Assembly (NCBI GenBank): GCA_023418505.1
Contig: JAEZZR010000002.1
Coordinates: forward strand, 48,585-112,584
Length of the DNA: 64,000 nt
From: Actinomycetes bacterium
Lineage (GTDB): Bacteria; Actinomycetota; Actinomycetes; Mycobacteriales; Mycobacteriaceae
Direction of reading: 5' to 3'
A program made the translations under genes and the position numbers. Below the pieces are notes generated by a model. That model was not told the DNA's origin. It searched no databases and saw nothing but the letters and a program-made list of their open reading frames with translations. This document shows, piece by piece, positions 10,892-21,484 of this stretch (positions are counted from its first letter, which is position 1; each line of letters starts with the position of its first letter).

Positions 10892-12727
10892 TTACTTCTG
10901 CACCGGCGCCCATTCGGGGCCGGTCTCTGCGAGCTCTGGATCGAGCTTGCTAAACAGTGGCTTTGGCTTAGCCAGTGGGGTGCCAGGTTTCATTTCCCAG
11001 CGTGCCCATGAAGCTAACTGATCGGCGTAATCACCCATGATTACCGGGTAGCTACGTCCTTGTTCTGGCAACCCGGTACCTACTGGTGCCACTGGCATAT
11101 CATCGGCCACTTCGTGGATCTGTGGCATCGCTGCCCAGGTGCCTTCGCCGCCTAAGGTTTCGAAGACCTTCTGTGCACTTTCTGGCAGGTACGGAGTGAG
11201 CATCACATTGCAGTCGCTGACTACCTGCAGCGCAGTCCACAACACAGTAGCCAGGCGCTCACGCTGTGATTCATCCTTTGCCAGCTTCCATGGCTCTTGA
11301 GCTGCAATATAGGCATTGGCCTCGCCAACCACATGCATAATCGCCACAATGCCTGCACGGAACTTCGAAGCGGCGATAGCCTGACCGGCAGTTTCGAACG
11401 TTTGCTCGGCGAGGTCGAGCAAACGTTTATCGTCGTCAAGCAACTGCCCTGGTTGTGGTACCTCAGAGAAATTCTTAAACGCCATCGACACTGTGCGATT
11501 CACCAAGTTGCCCCAGCCGTTGGCGAGCTCGTTATTAATGCGGCGGACGAACTCATCCCACGTGAAATCGGTGTCCTGGTTTTCCGGACCGGCCACAGCG
11601 ATGAAATACCGCAGCGGATCGGCGCCGAAATCCTTCAGGAAGTCCTTCACGTAGATCACCACGCCCTTGGACGAAGAGAACTTCGAACCAGACATGGTGA
11701 GGTATTCGGAAGAGACAACCTCGGTAGGCAATTGGAGCTCACCCAATTCGCCCCCATTACCACCCTTAGAGCCCTGGCCGGAGTACCCCAGCAGCTCTGC
11801 TGGCCAGATCTGAGAGTGGAAGGTGATGTTGTCTTTGCCCATGAAGTAGTAGGACAGCGCATCTTCGCTATTCCACCACTTCCGCCAGGCATCTGGCTGC
11901 CCGGTGCGATACGCCCACTCAATCGAGGCGGACAGATAGCCAACTACGGCGTCGAACCACACGTAAAGCTTCTTGGCATTGTTATCTGCCCAGCCGTCCA
12001 GTGGAATTGGCACACCCCAGTCGATGTCGCGGGACATCGCACGCGGACGGATATCCTCCAGCAGATTCAGGGAGAACTTCAGCACGTTCGGGCGCCAGTC
12101 TTGCCGCTGCTGGAGCCATTCGGACAGTGCTTCGGCGAGTGCTGGCAGATCCAACAAGAAGTGTTCGGTTTCGATGAACTGTGGGGTCTCGCCATTGATC
12201 TTCGATTCTGGATCGATCAGATCGGCTGGATCTAGCTGGTTACCGCAGTTATCGCACTGGTCACCGCGTGCACCGGAGGCGCCACAAATCGGACAGGTGC
12301 CTTCGATGTAACGATCCGGCAAGGTACGGCCAGTCGAAGGCGAGATCGCACCCATTGTGGTTTGACGCACCATGTAGCCATTGTCGTAGAGGCCACGAAA
12401 CAGCTCTTGCACCACGGCGTAGTGGTTGCGGGTAGTGGTGCGGGTGAAAATGTCGTAAGACAGCCCCAGACCTGCTAGATCCTGCACAATTTGGCGGTTG
12501 TAACGGTCGGCCAGCTCAGTGACGCTAACCCCTTCCTTTTCCGCCTGGACTAGCAGCGGTGTGCCGTGCTCGTCGGTGCCCGAAATCATCAATACTTCGT
12601 TGCCACGCATTCGGTGGTACCTGGCGAAAACATCGGAAGGAACACCAAAGCCTGCGACATGTCCGATGTGACGCGGACCGTTCGCATAAGGCCAAGCAAC
12701 TGCAGTAAGGATTCGAGACATAACCAA
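10892..12727 (-). CDS. metG: Methionine--tRNA ligase
   Basis: 611 aa. HIGH-type motif ([12 protein letters not shown]), KMSKS-type motif ([10 protein letters not shown]) and a Zn knuckle CPICG...CDNCG. Confidence 0.97.
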   Translation of the reverse strand: MVMSRILTAVAWPYANGPRHIGHVAGFGVPSDVFARYHRMRGNEVLMISGTDEHGTPLLVQAEKEGVSVTELADRYNRQIVQDLAGLGLSYDIFTRTTTRNHYAVVQELFRGLYDNGYMVRQTTMGAISPSTGRTLPDRYIEGTCPICGASGARGDQCDNCGNQLDPADLIDPESKINGETPQFIETEHFLLDLPALAEALSEWLQQRQDWRPNVLKFSLNLLEDIRPRAMSRDIDWGVPIPLDGWADNNAKKLYVWFDAVVGYLSASIEWAYRTGQPDAWRKWWNSEDALSYYFMGKDNITFHSQIWPAELLGYSGQGSKGGNGGELGELQLPTEVVSSEYLTMSGSKFSSSKGVVIYVKDFLKDFGADPLRYFIAVAGPENQDTDFTWDEFVRRINNELANGWGNLVNRTVSMAFKNFSEVPQPGQLLDDDKRLLDLAEQTFETAGQAIAASKFRAGIVAIMHVVGEANAYIAAQEPWKLAKDESQRERLATVLWTALQVVSDCNVMLTPYLPESAQKVFETLGGEGTWAAMPQIHEVADDMPVAPVGTGLPEQGRSYPVIMGDYADQLASWARWEMKPGTPLAKPKPLFSKLDPELAETGPEWAPVQK

Positions 12728-12760
12728 TAGATTAATGCATCTAGCTCGCAGTTCTGATTC

Positions 12761-14038
12761 GTGGTTCCTTCGGGATTGGATGCCGTAGTCTTAGCTGTTG
12801 TGAAGTTGCCTTCGGCTGCCGCATCTGACCCTGCGCCTCAACGTGGCGAACCTGCCACCGCGTTTTTATTGCGCTGCGTGGCTGCTGGTTTTCGCCCTGC
12901 TGCACTGGTAGGGTCCTGGTTTGGCTACGACGCCGTGGTGGCACCGCACGTGCTTCTCGACGACCAGACCAGCCATGGCGGCAGATGGTTCTTCGGTTAT
13001 CGCGCATATGAGGCAGCCGATGCAATGCCGGAGGAAGCCCCAAACCAGACCCAGCTCCTTGGCGGCCATGCGGATAGAGTTTTCGCTCTTCGTGATGGCG
13101 TGTGGTTCCAGTTGCTCCCGGTAGAGACTGGCGGGAGTTTCCGCGAAATTGAGCTTGCCGACGCCGTGGTGGAACTCCAGCCCGAAACACTGTCGCCTTC
13201 GGTACCCATTCGCTGGGATCTATCCGCGACTCGGTTGGAGAAGCTACAACAGGAACACCGTCATGCGGTCGAACAATGCTTGGAAGCCATCCGCGCCGGT
13301 GAGGTCTACCAGACCTGCATTTCTACCCGGTTCACTGTCAGTTACGGCGAACCACTTTCCTACTCCGAACGTCTACGTACTGCTGCTAAGTGGTTTTGCA
13401 CCAAAGCAGAGCACTACCAACCCTCACGCGCTGCATTTTTACCCGGCGATGAAGCCCACCCCACCCTGGCATCACTATCGCCGGAGGAGTTTCTAATCCG
13501 CCGAGGAAACGTCGTACGCGAATCTCCCATTAAAGGAACGGTGCCCGCGGATCACGATCCCGAAGAGCTACTGCGCAGCCGCAAGGATGTGGCCGAAAAC
13601 ATCATGATTGTGGATTTGGTGCGTCATGATCTCGGGCAGGTGGCCAACGTCGGCGGCGTGAAAGTTACGGATCTGCTTGCGATCCGCCCGGCGCCTGGCG
13701 TGTGGCATTTGGTCTCTGAGGTAACCGCTGAGCTTCCCCCGAAGCTGACTCATCACGAGCTTATCGACGCCTGTTTCCCACCCGCCTCTGTTACCGGAAC
13801 ACCGAAACTGCGAGCAGCAGAATTGCTGCGCGGGTGGGAGCTCCAACGCCGTGGCGTCCACTGTGGCGCGATTGGCGCTGCCGTTGGCGACGCGCTAGAG
13901 CTCAACGTCGCCATCCGTACCGTGGAGTTTTATCCCGATTGCGTGGCAGCTGGTGTGGGCGGTGGAATCACGATCGATTCCACCCCCGAAGGTGAATGGC
14001 AAGAGATTCTGGCCAAAGCCAGGCCGCTGCTGGGCTAG
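12761..14038 (+). CDS. Chorismate-binding enzyme, aminodeoxychorismate synthase component I-like (PabB/TrpE family)
   Basis: 425 aa, GTG start. C-terminal chorismate-binding core ([45 protein letters not shown]). Confidence 0.8.
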   Translation: MVPSGLDAVVLAVVKLPSAAASDPAPQRGEPATAFLLRCVAAGFRPAALVGSWFGYDAVVAPHVLLDDQTSHGGRWFFGYRAYEAADAMPEEAPNQTQLLGGHADRVFALRDGVWFQLLPVETGGSFREIELADAVVELQPETLSPSVPIRWDLSATRLEKLQQEHRHAVEQCLEAIRAGEVYQTCISTRFTVSYGEPLSYSERLRTAAKWFCTKAEHYQPSRAAFLPGDEAHPTLASLSPEEFLIRRGNVVRESPIKGTVPADHDPEELLRSRKDVAENIMIVDLVRHDLGQVANVGGVKVTDLLAIRPAPGVWHLVSEVTAELPPKLTHHELIDACFPPASVTGTPKLRAAELLRGWELQRRGVHCGAIGAAVGDALELNVAIRTVEFYPDCVAAGVGGGITIDSTPEGEWQEILAKARPLLG

Positions 14039-14072
14039 CTCTCTAGCGGCTAGCTCTTTATCGGCTAGCTCT
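14033..14072. repeat. Three tandem 15-bp copies with core GGCTAGCTCT between convergent genes
   Basis: Cores at 14033, 14048 and 14063. The first TAG (14036-14038) stops the pabB-like gene. The CTA at 14065-14067 in copy 3 is the stop of the minus-strand BCCT gene. Confidence 0.9.
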
Positions 14073-15837
14073 CGGCCTCTGGATCCTTCTTGCGCTTAGC
14101 TTTCCGTGGCGTCTTGGGCTTTTCTGGTCCCACACCCGGTTTGAAGCCAACGGGTTTATCCATCAGTGGTGGGCCAACTTCCATCATCTTGTTCTCACGC
14201 ACCAAGCGCAGATAACTACGGCGCGCTTCGCGTTCCGCCTGATAAGTCGGATCTTGCTGCACGCCCTTGATCAGAGCCAGCATCATGATCACCACTACGA
14301 TCATGAATGGCGAACCAGACACGATGATGATGCGCTGCAGTGGCGTCAGGATCTCTTCGCCACCGGTGAGCAGCAAAGCCACAGCAATCAAGGTGGTCAT
14401 CAGACCCCAGATGCCGGTGACAATCGGGGTTGGATTCACGCGACCCCGCTGGCTCATCGAGCCCATCACAGTGGAAGCAGAGTCTGCCGTGGTGATGAAG
14501 AACGTCGCCAGCAACATAATCGTAAACGCAGAGATAATGCCTGGCCACGGCAGGTTACCCAAAAGCTCAAACAACATGGCCTCTGGGCGACCGTCGCCCC
14601 AAATGCTGCGATCGGTCTGTTCGAAATGAATTGCGGTGCCACCGAAGATCGCAAACCACAGCACAATCAAGCTGGAAGGCACTACTACGATGCCCACGAC
14701 GAATTCTCGGATGGTGCGGCCACGGGAAATACGTGCCAAGAACATGCCCACGAATGGAGTCCAGGCAATCCACCAGACCCAGTAGAAGATCGTCCAGCCG
14801 GCCATCCAGTCGGCTACGCCCGGGTCACTACTAGAGGCAGAACGTCCCAGCATCTCTGGCAGCTGCGAAATGAAATCACCAATAGACAGCGGGATGGTGT
14901 TCAGGATGAAGATGGTCGGCCCGAAGATCAGAATGAAGATCGACAACATCGCTGCAGTAGCCATGTTGAAGTTCGAAACCCACTGCACACCACGTGCCAC
15001 ACCAGACATCGCGGATACCAAGTAGCCCACCGACAGCAAGCCGATAATTACCAGCATCACGCCCACGGTGGCTTCTTTGATGGCACCAATTGATGCTGCA
15101 CCGGCAGCGATCTGCGAGGCGCCCAAACCCAAAGACATCGCGGTACTAAAGACGGTGGCGAAGATAGCAAGAATGTCGATCAACTTGCCGATTGGCCCTT
15201 CCGCCCGTCGTACGCCAATCAACGGTGCACACGCCGCAGAGATCAGCTGCGGGCGACCCAGACGGAAAGTCGTATAAGCGATAGATACGCCAACGACGGC
15301 GTAAGTAGCCCAAGCAATCGGACCAAAGTGCAGCAGGGTCTGTGCGAATGCAGTTCCTGTGTCCTCTGGTGGATGGCCTGGTACGCCGTCGCGGTAGTGA
15401 GACAAAGGCTCGTAGCCACCGTAGAACAGCAACCCGATGCCCATACCAGCTGCGAACATCATTGCGATCCAGCTGGGGGTGGAAAACTCTGGCAACTCGT
15501 CGTCGCGGCCTAATTTGATGTGGCCATAACGGGAAAATGCCAAGGCGATCATCACCGCGAAGAACACGGTTGCCATGATGATGAACAGCCAGCCGAAGTT
15601 GGTAACCAGAAATTCAAAGGCTGCGGTAGATGCTTCCTCGAATGGCTCCGGCAATCCGATCGCCCAGGTAGCGATACCAACAATGAACAACAGTGCCGGA
15701 ATAGCAATCCACAGATCAACCGTAGATTTCAGCTTCGCCCAGGCGCCTTGCGGATGCTCTTGTCCACCTGTGTACCGAGGCGCATCGTCACCGGTTGGTG
15801 GCGATGAAACCGAACTGGATTTCTTCGACTCGCTCAT
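14065..15837 (-). CDS. BCCT family (betaine/carnitine/choline) osmolyte transporter, paralogue 1
   Basis: 590 aa, 12 TM. BCCT signature region [32 protein letters not shown]. Confidence 0.92.
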   Translation of the reverse strand: MSESKKSSSVSSPPTGDDAPRYTGGQEHPQGAWAKLKSTVDLWIAIPALLFIVGIATWAIGLPEPFEEASTAAFEFLVTNFGWLFIIMATVFFAVMIALAFSRYGHIKLGRDDELPEFSTPSWIAMMFAAGMGIGLLFYGGYEPLSHYRDGVPGHPPEDTGTAFAQTLLHFGPIAWATYAVVGVSIAYTTFRLGRPQLISAACAPLIGVRRAEGPIGKLIDILAIFATVFSTAMSLGLGASQIAAGAASIGAIKEATVGVMLVIIGLLSVGYLVSAMSGVARGVQWVSNFNMATAAMLSIFILIFGPTIFILNTIPLSIGDFISQLPEMLGRSASSSDPGVADWMAGWTIFYWVWWIAWTPFVGMFLARISRGRTIREFVVGIVVVPSSLIVLWFAIFGGTAIHFEQTDRSIWGDGRPEAMLFELLGNLPWPGIISAFTIMLLATFFITTADSASTVMGSMSQRGRVNPTPIVTGIWGLMTTLIAVALLLTGGEEILTPLQRIIIVSGSPFMIVVVIMMLALIKGVQQDPTYQAEREARRSYLRLVRENKMMEVGPPLMDKPVGFKPGVGPEKPKTPRKAKRKKDPEAES

Positions 15838-15875
15838 CGGAGTTTTCCTTTATTTACTTAGGGTTAGAGGGATAT

Positions 15876-17570
15876 TTATTCAGTTGCGTGCGCTTGGTTG
15901 TGAGGAGTTCGGCGCAGACGACGCGCATCCCGCTGCGCTTCCATTTCCGAGATCCGACGCTCGCGTGCCATGCGTAGTGCAAAACGACGCTGCTCGCGTT
16001 CGTCGAGGTACAACGGATCTTCGCTGAGGCCTTTCACCAGCGACACCATCAAAGCCAGGATAACCACAACGAATGGGCTAGCGGCCAAAATAGTCATGTT
16101 CTGTAGGTTGCCCAAAGCATCTGGACCACCCGTGACCAACAGGATGATGGCGATAGTTGCGGTAGACAGACCCCACATGGCGGTAACCGGGCGGGAAGCG
16201 ACCTCACGGCCGTGCTGGCTCATGGTGCCCATCACCGTAGAGGCAGAGTCTGCCGAGGTAATGAAGAACGTTGCCAGCAAAACTGCCGCCAGTACCGAAG
16301 CGATGCTGCCCAGTGGCATCGTGCCCAGCAGTGCGAAGAGCTGGTTTTCAGCGTTGCCGTCACCCCAAATGGATTCACCAATCTGCTCGAGGTGGATTGC
16401 AGTGCCACCGAAGATCGAGAACCACACCAACGAAACTGCCGATGGAACGAGTACCACGGTGAAGACGAATTCGCGGATCGTGCGGCCACGCGAAATGCGG
16501 GCGATGAACATACCCACGAATGGCGACCAAGAAACCCACCATGCCCAATAGAAGATGGTCCAACCGCTCAACCAATCGCCGGCGGTGCCATCCGCAGAGT
16601 TAGAGGTACGCGCTGCCATCTCGAAGAACTGAGACAAGTAGGTGTTCGCAGCCGTTGGGATCATGTTCAAGATGATCACAGTAGGGCCGACTACCAAGAC
16701 GAAGACAGCCAAAATCAGAGCTGCCACCATGTTGAAGTTCGATACGTACTGGATGCCGCGACCCACACCAGACAAAGCAGACAGCAAGAATGCCACACCA
16801 AGTACGCAGATAATGGTGATCCACAGACCAGTGGACGATTCTTCAATTACACCGATGTTCTGCAAACCAGCAGAAATCTGCATTACGCCCAAGCCCAGGG
16901 AAGCTGCCGTACCAAAGACCGTGGCGAAGATAGCCAGCACGTCGATAGTCTTACCCAGCCAACCTTCAGCGCGGCGCACACCGATCAGCGGGATGAACGC
17001 AGCGGAAATCAACTGCTTGCGGCCCAATCGGTAGGTGCCATAAGCAATAGCCAAGCCCACAATCGCGTAAAGAGACCAAGGATGCAGCGTCCAGTGGAAC
17101 ATGGTGGTTGCCATCGCGGTGCCGACTTCTTTTTCTTCATGGTTCGGCACACCATCGCGATAGAAATTCAGTGGCTCGGCTACACCGTAGAACATCAAAC
17201 CGATGCCCATACCGGCGGCGAACATCATCGCAATCCAGCTCGGCGTGGAAAATTCGGGCGATTCGGCATCTTTGCCCAGGCGAATGTGTCCGAACTTCGA
17301 TAGTGCGATACCGAAGATGAAGAACACGAAAATGGTTCCGGCCAGCACGAACAACCAACCAAGGTTGCCCACTACCCATCCCAGGGATTCGCTAGCGAAG
17401 GACGAAAATCCTTCGCCATCTGCCAAGCCCCAGATGACAATGGCCAAGACCAGCACCACCGCAGGGATCGTCACCCCGAGGTTTAGCGCTGGTGCAGTTT
17501 CTTCGTCAGCCGAAGGCGTTGGTGGAACATCTTCGTATGACTCGATTCTCACTTCTTGCTGGTCATCCAT
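15876..17570 (-). CDS. BCCT family osmolyte transporter, paralogue 2
   Basis: 564 aa. Same signature ([32 protein letters not shown]). Directly upstream of paralogue 1 with a 38-bp spacer. Confidence 0.92.
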   Translation of the reverse strand: MDDQQEVRIESYEDVPPTPSADEETAPALNLGVTIPAVVLVLAIVIWGLADGEGFSSFASESLGWVVGNLGWLFVLAGTIFVFFIFGIALSKFGHIRLGKDAESPEFSTPSWIAMMFAAGMGIGLMFYGVAEPLNFYRDGVPNHEEKEVGTAMATTMFHWTLHPWSLYAIVGLAIAYGTYRLGRKQLISAAFIPLIGVRRAEGWLGKTIDVLAIFATVFGTAASLGLGVMQISAGLQNIGVIEESSTGLWITIICVLGVAFLLSALSGVGRGIQYVSNFNMVAALILAVFVLVVGPTVIILNMIPTAANTYLSQFFEMAARTSNSADGTAGDWLSGWTIFYWAWWVSWSPFVGMFIARISRGRTIREFVFTVVLVPSAVSLVWFSIFGGTAIHLEQIGESIWGDGNAENQLFALLGTMPLGSIASVLAAVLLATFFITSADSASTVMGTMSQHGREVASRPVTAMWGLSTATIAIILLVTGGPDALGNLQNMTILAASPFVVVILALMVSLVKGLSEDPLYLDEREQRRFALRMARERRISEMEAQRDARRLRRTPHNQAHATE

Positions 17571-17747
17571 TCTTTTAACGTGACCAGAAACTAGGAGTTA
17601 TTTCAAATGGAAACTGAAAAATCGCCTGGAAAAGGCACTAAATATGGGCGAATAAGCAAACTCTGCAGGTGGTTAAGGTTTCTATAGCTACTGTTCAGCT
17701 AGGAAATGCGCACGGTTTGATTACAATTCCTTAACGATTTCTCATAA

Positions 17748-18620
17748 TTACTGCTCGCGACGTGAAATCACCGCGTCGTAGAGCTGCCTATGCTTGGCCA
17801 ATCCAGCAATCGCAGCCACTTCCTTACACGCATCTTTGAGCTTCATGCCGGCGCCCACGCGCTGCTCGACGTGCTCGACCAGCTCGTCGATAGGCACTTG
17901 TACCGGATCATTAGTACTGCCTTCGATCACTACGGTGATTTCGCCGCGCACGCCGTCGGCAGCCCAATCGGCGAGTTCCTGCAAGGTACCCCGCCGGGTT
18001 TCCTCGTAGAGCTTGGTGAGCTCCCTACTCACCGCCGCGCGACGCCCACCACCGAGAATCTCGGCTGCATCTGCCAGAGTGGTAGCCAAGCGATGCGGGG
18101 ATTCGAAGAAGCACACGGCGCGGTGCTCAGTCTTCAGGCTTTCCAACCAACTACGTCGGGCACCGGATTTGCGCGGCGCAAAACCATCGAAACAAAAGTG
18201 CCCCACACGCAAACCCGATAATGCCAAGGCAGTGGTTACGGCGCTCGGCCCTGGCAGGCAGGTCACTGGGAGGTTTTCGTCGTGACCGGCAGCCACTACC
18301 GCCAAGCCCGGATCAGAGACCACCGGCATCCCTGCGTCGGTGACCACCAACACGCGTTTGCCAGCACGGGCGGCGGTGAGCAGCTCGTCGATACGCGCTT
18401 GCTCGTTGTGATCGAAATTCGACACCACCCGGCCGGTGATCTCTACGCCCAGCGCGTGGGCGAGGTTAAACGTGCGCCGAGTATCTTCCGCCGCAATCAC
18501 ATCTGCCTGCGCCAACGCAGCGCACAACCGTGGCGAAGCATCAGCAATATTGCCCAAAGGCGTGGCCGCCAGCGTAATACCTGCCACCATTTCCGACGAA
18601 GAATCCGACATGGCTTTCAT
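17748..18620 (-). CDS. rsmI: 16S rRNA (cytidine1402-2'-O)-methyltransferase
   Basis: The conserved part starts at MKAMSD..GITLAATPLGNIADASPR. The ORF-track start at 18812 would overlap pmt, so I chose the ATG at 18620. The tetrapyrrole-methylase-like fold is typical of RsmI. Confidence 0.88.
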   Translation of the reverse strand: MKAMSDSSSEMVAGITLAATPLGNIADASPRLCAALAQADVIAAEDTRRTFNLAHALGVEITGRVVSNFDHNEQARIDELLTAARAGKRVLVVTDAGMPVVSDPGLAVVAAGHDENLPVTCLPGPSAVTTALALSGLRVGHFCFDGFAPRKSGARRSWLESLKTEHRAVCFFESPHRLATTLADAAEILGGGRRAAVSRELTKLYEETRRGTLQELADWAADGVRGEITVVIEGSTNDPVQVPIDELVEHVEQRVGAGMKLKDACKEVAAIAGLAKHRQLYDAVISRREQ

Positions 18621-20241
18621 GCTAGCGTCCGATTGGGGCTTTGCCTGCACGCTGCGGTGGTTATGCTTGTCTCTTGTGTCCACCTCTGCCGTGAGAGCCG
18701 GCGCCGAGCCGAAGCTGTCGAAACCGCCGAAGCCGGCTAAGCCGCCGAAGCCGTTGCGCACCCCCGAGCCACTGACCCGCATGCATTGGTGGATTTTTGG
18801 TGTCTTGGGCACGTTGGCTGCACTTTCGCGCCTGGTGATGTTGGGCTACCCCACCCATAGTGGAACGCCGCTGTTCGACGAAAAACACTACGTCCCCCAA
18901 GCGTGGCAGATCCTGCAGTCTGGCCATGGGCTGCCGTTTCCGTTTTCCAGTGGCATTGAGGATAACCCCGGCTATGGCCTGATCGTCCACCCTCCGGTGG
19001 CTAAGCAGGTGATGGCTATTGGCCAGTGGCTGTTTGCGGATTCTGCGGTGGGTTGGCGTTTTATGTCCGCGGTTTTCGGCATCGCAGTGGTGCTCATGAT
19101 TACGGATCTGACCCGCCGGATCACGGGCTCACATCTGGCGATGCTGGTTGCTGGTGGTTATGCGGTAGTCGATGGCGTGCTGCTGGTGACGTCTCGCTCT
19201 GGCATGTTGGACATGATCCAAACCGGCTTCATCATCGCCGGCGTCTGGCTGCTGATGGTGGATCGGGATCAGACGGCACGACGTTTGCACCAGTGGCGTG
19301 ACATGCCTGACGACGATACTCGCCTCGGGCCGTACCTGGGTTGGCGGTGGTGGCGCTTGGCAGCCGGAGTGATGTTTGGCCTGGCACTCGGGGTGAAATG
19401 GTCGGGCTTGTATTACATCGCGGCCTTTGGCTTGTTCAGTGTGTTTTCCGATTTGGTAGACCGCAAGCGTGCCGGAGTGCAATTGCCTACGTGGGCTGCA
19501 TTGGCCAAGGACACCTTGCCCGCACTCCGCGACCTGGTACTAGCGCCGTTGATGGTCTACGTGCTGTCGTGGCGCTCGTGGTTTGCCGAAGAGACTTCCG
19601 TCTACCGGCACTTACCCGCCGATAAGCGCGATCTGCCTTTCGAGTTACCTACCTGGCTACCCGATTCCTTGGCTAATTACCTGCACTATCAGTCTGGTGT
19701 GCTGGAGTTCCATGGTTCGCTAACCACCTCTACCGGCCATAATCACCCCTGGGAATCAAAGCCCTGGGAATGGTTGGTCTCGTGGCGTCCGATTCTGTAC
19801 TACTCCGCCGAAAACACCTGCATGGGCGAGCGCAAATGCGACGCCTGGCTGATGCTGTTCGGCACTCCCCCGATCTGGTGGCTGCTAGTACCAGTAATGC
19901 TGTGGGCGATGTGGCGCTACTTAGCGCGTCGCGATGGCCGGTTTGCGGTGCCGGTGATCGGCTTTATCGCCTCTTGGCTGCCGTGGGTGATCGCTTTCGA
20001 TCGGCAGATGTATTTCTTCTATGCCACGGCATTGATTCCATTTGTACTGATTGCCTACGGCATCATCGCAGCGGATCTAGTGAAGTGGACGCCACGTGGC
20101 AAACCGATAGGCCAAATCTTGGTAGCAATTCACATCGGCTTGGTAATTTGCGGCTTCCTATTTTGGATGCCGTTGCTCTACGCGATTCCACTCCCCGAAC
20201 CGCTATTCAACCTAATGTTCTGGCTGCCCAGCTGGAGTTAA
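18610..20241 (+). CDS. pmt: Dolichyl-phosphate-mannose--protein mannosyltransferase (GT39, Pmt)
   Basis: GTPLFDEKHYVPQAWQ, EDNPGYGLIVHPPVAKQ and the multi-TM body match actinobacterial Pmt. Start is ambiguous: ATG 18610, GTG 18676 or ATG 18781. Alignment to M. tuberculosis Pmt as I remember it argues for a start upstream of 18781. Confidence 0.85.
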   Translation: MAFMLASDWGFACTLRWLCLSLVSTSAVRAGAEPKLSKPPKPAKPPKPLRTPEPLTRMHWWIFGVLGTLAALSRLVMLGYPTHSGTPLFDEKHYVPQAWQILQSGHGLPFPFSSGIEDNPGYGLIVHPPVAKQVMAIGQWLFADSAVGWRFMSAVFGIAVVLMITDLTRRITGSHLAMLVAGGYAVVDGVLLVTSRSGMLDMIQTGFIIAGVWLLMVDRDQTARRLHQWRDMPDDDTRLGPYLGWRWWRLAAGVMFGLALGVKWSGLYYIAAFGLFSVFSDLVDRKRAGVQLPTWAALAKDTLPALRDLVLAPLMVYVLSWRSWFAEETSVYRHLPADKRDLPFELPTWLPDSLANYLHYQSGVLEFHGSLTTSTGHNHPWESKPWEWLVSWRPILYYSAENTCMGERKCDAWLMLFGTPPIWWLLVPVMLWAMWRYLARRDGRFAVPVIGFIASWLPWVIAFDRQMYFFYATALIPFVLIAYGIIAADLVKWTPRGKPIGQILVAIHIGLVICGFLFWMPLLYAIPLPEPLFNLMFWLPSWS

Positions 20242-20263
20242 TCGCTACCGGGGTGAGGTTCGC

Positions 20264-21034
20264 TTACGACGGTGGCACACCCCGAATTGGGCTGCCAGCT
20301 GCTGCGCGCCAGGCACCTGCAATAGCAGCCGGTGTGTAACCACCCAACCACACCATGGCCAGCACCACAGCCGAGGCAATCATTAACGCCAGTGCCCCAA
20401 TCGTGGCTGGCTGGATGCCACTGATTACCCATTCGATGGTGCTAAAGCCAGTAGAGAACATCGCAATCGCACCATAAACCGGAGCAATCCCCGCAGCCAC
20501 GCGTGTACGCCACGCTGCCCACAGCAATCCGGCACCCAGCGCAATTCGGATGGCTGCCATTTGAGCGGCATAGCCGCCTAGCTCTTCGCCAACGTTGGCT
20601 GCTGCCACGCCTAAGGTGGTGCCACCCCAAATAATCCAAATGAAACCCAGCACGACAAGCACTGTGCGGGCAGTTCCGGACATAATCCGCCACCGTCGCG
20701 CCCGAGCCCGACGTTTGGGCTCTACACTGGCTAGGATTTTTTCTTCGAGTAGCTCATCGCGAGCAGTTGCTGGATCGGCATCGTTCGTAGGCACATTGTC
20801 GGAGCCGACTTCTGCTTCTTCAATTCCAGCATCCGTGACAGGGTCAGATTTCTCGGATACTCGATCTTGCACTGCATGAATTAGTAAAGACCGGTTCAGC
20901 GAAACCGTACGTTCAAACCACAGCTGGCAGTCTTTGCAAATACTTAAGTGTGCGTCTACTACGTCGTCGGCAATTCCGGGATCTTCCCCATCCAGCCGGG
21001 CTGATAACGCGGCCTGAATTGCATCACATTCCAT
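20264..21034 (-). CDS. Membrane anti-sigma factor with N-terminal zf-HC2 domain
   Basis: 256 aa. H-x3-C-x2-C motif (AHLSICKDC) near the N-terminus, an acidic linker, and about 4-5 C-terminal TM segments. No sigma factor gene is adjacent. Confidence 0.7.
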   Translation of the reverse strand: MECDAIQAALSARLDGEDPGIADDVVDAHLSICKDCQLWFERTVSLNRSLLIHAVQDRVSEKSDPVTDAGIEEAEVGSDNVPTNDADPATARDELLEEKILASVEPKRRARARRWRIMSGTARTVLVVLGFIWIIWGGTTLGVAAANVGEELGGYAAQMAAIRIALGAGLLWAAWRTRVAAGIAPVYGAIAMFSTGFSTIEWVISGIQPATIGALALMIASAVVLAMVWLGGYTPAAIAGAWRAAAGSPIRGVPPS

Positions 21035-21058
21035 AACGTCTGCTACCTCAACGCAATA

Positions 21059-21463
21059 TCAGCTGGAAAATACACGATCCAAGCTAAACCGCCCCGAGCC
21101 AAAGACCGCCACCATCAGCAAACCACCGATCAGCGCGAGCACAAGTTCAGCACCATTGTCACGCACAAACAAGCCGTTACCAAGATGCACTGCCCACCAG
21201 GCACCCAGCATCTGAATGATGAAAATACCGGCCACAGCAGGTGCCAGCAGGCCTACGATCAGCAGTGCGCCACCGATAAGCTCTAAAAGTGCGACCAACC
21301 AAACCGTCAGCTCTGCTTGGGGGATTCCGCTTGCGACGAAATAGCCCGTCGTCTTATCGACGCCGGTCAGAAATAGCTTGTCCCATCCATGTGCCACGAA
21401 GATGACGCCAAGGATCAATCGCAGAACAAGCAAAGCTCCATCACGTACACCTGGGCGATCCAT
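21059..21463 (-). CDS. DoxX family membrane protein
   Basis: 134 aa, four TM segments. LLVLRLILGVIFVAHGWDKL is typical of DoxX. Confidence 0.8.
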   Translation of the reverse strand: MDRPGVRDGALLVLRLILGVIFVAHGWDKLFLTGVDKTTGYFVASGIPQAELTVWLVALLELIGGALLIVGLLAPAVAGIFIIQMLGAWWAVHLGNGLFVRDNGAELVLALIGGLLMVAVFGSGRFSLDRVFSS

Positions 21464-21484
21464 GCGGCTAATGCTACCCGAACG

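Noticed and set aside
14254-17303. Long plus-strand ORFs (279 aa at 14254..15093; 363 aa at 16212..17303) inside the BCCT genes
   Set aside because: They are antisense shadows of highly conserved transporter genes. They have an Arg/His/Gln-rich composition and match no domains I recognise.
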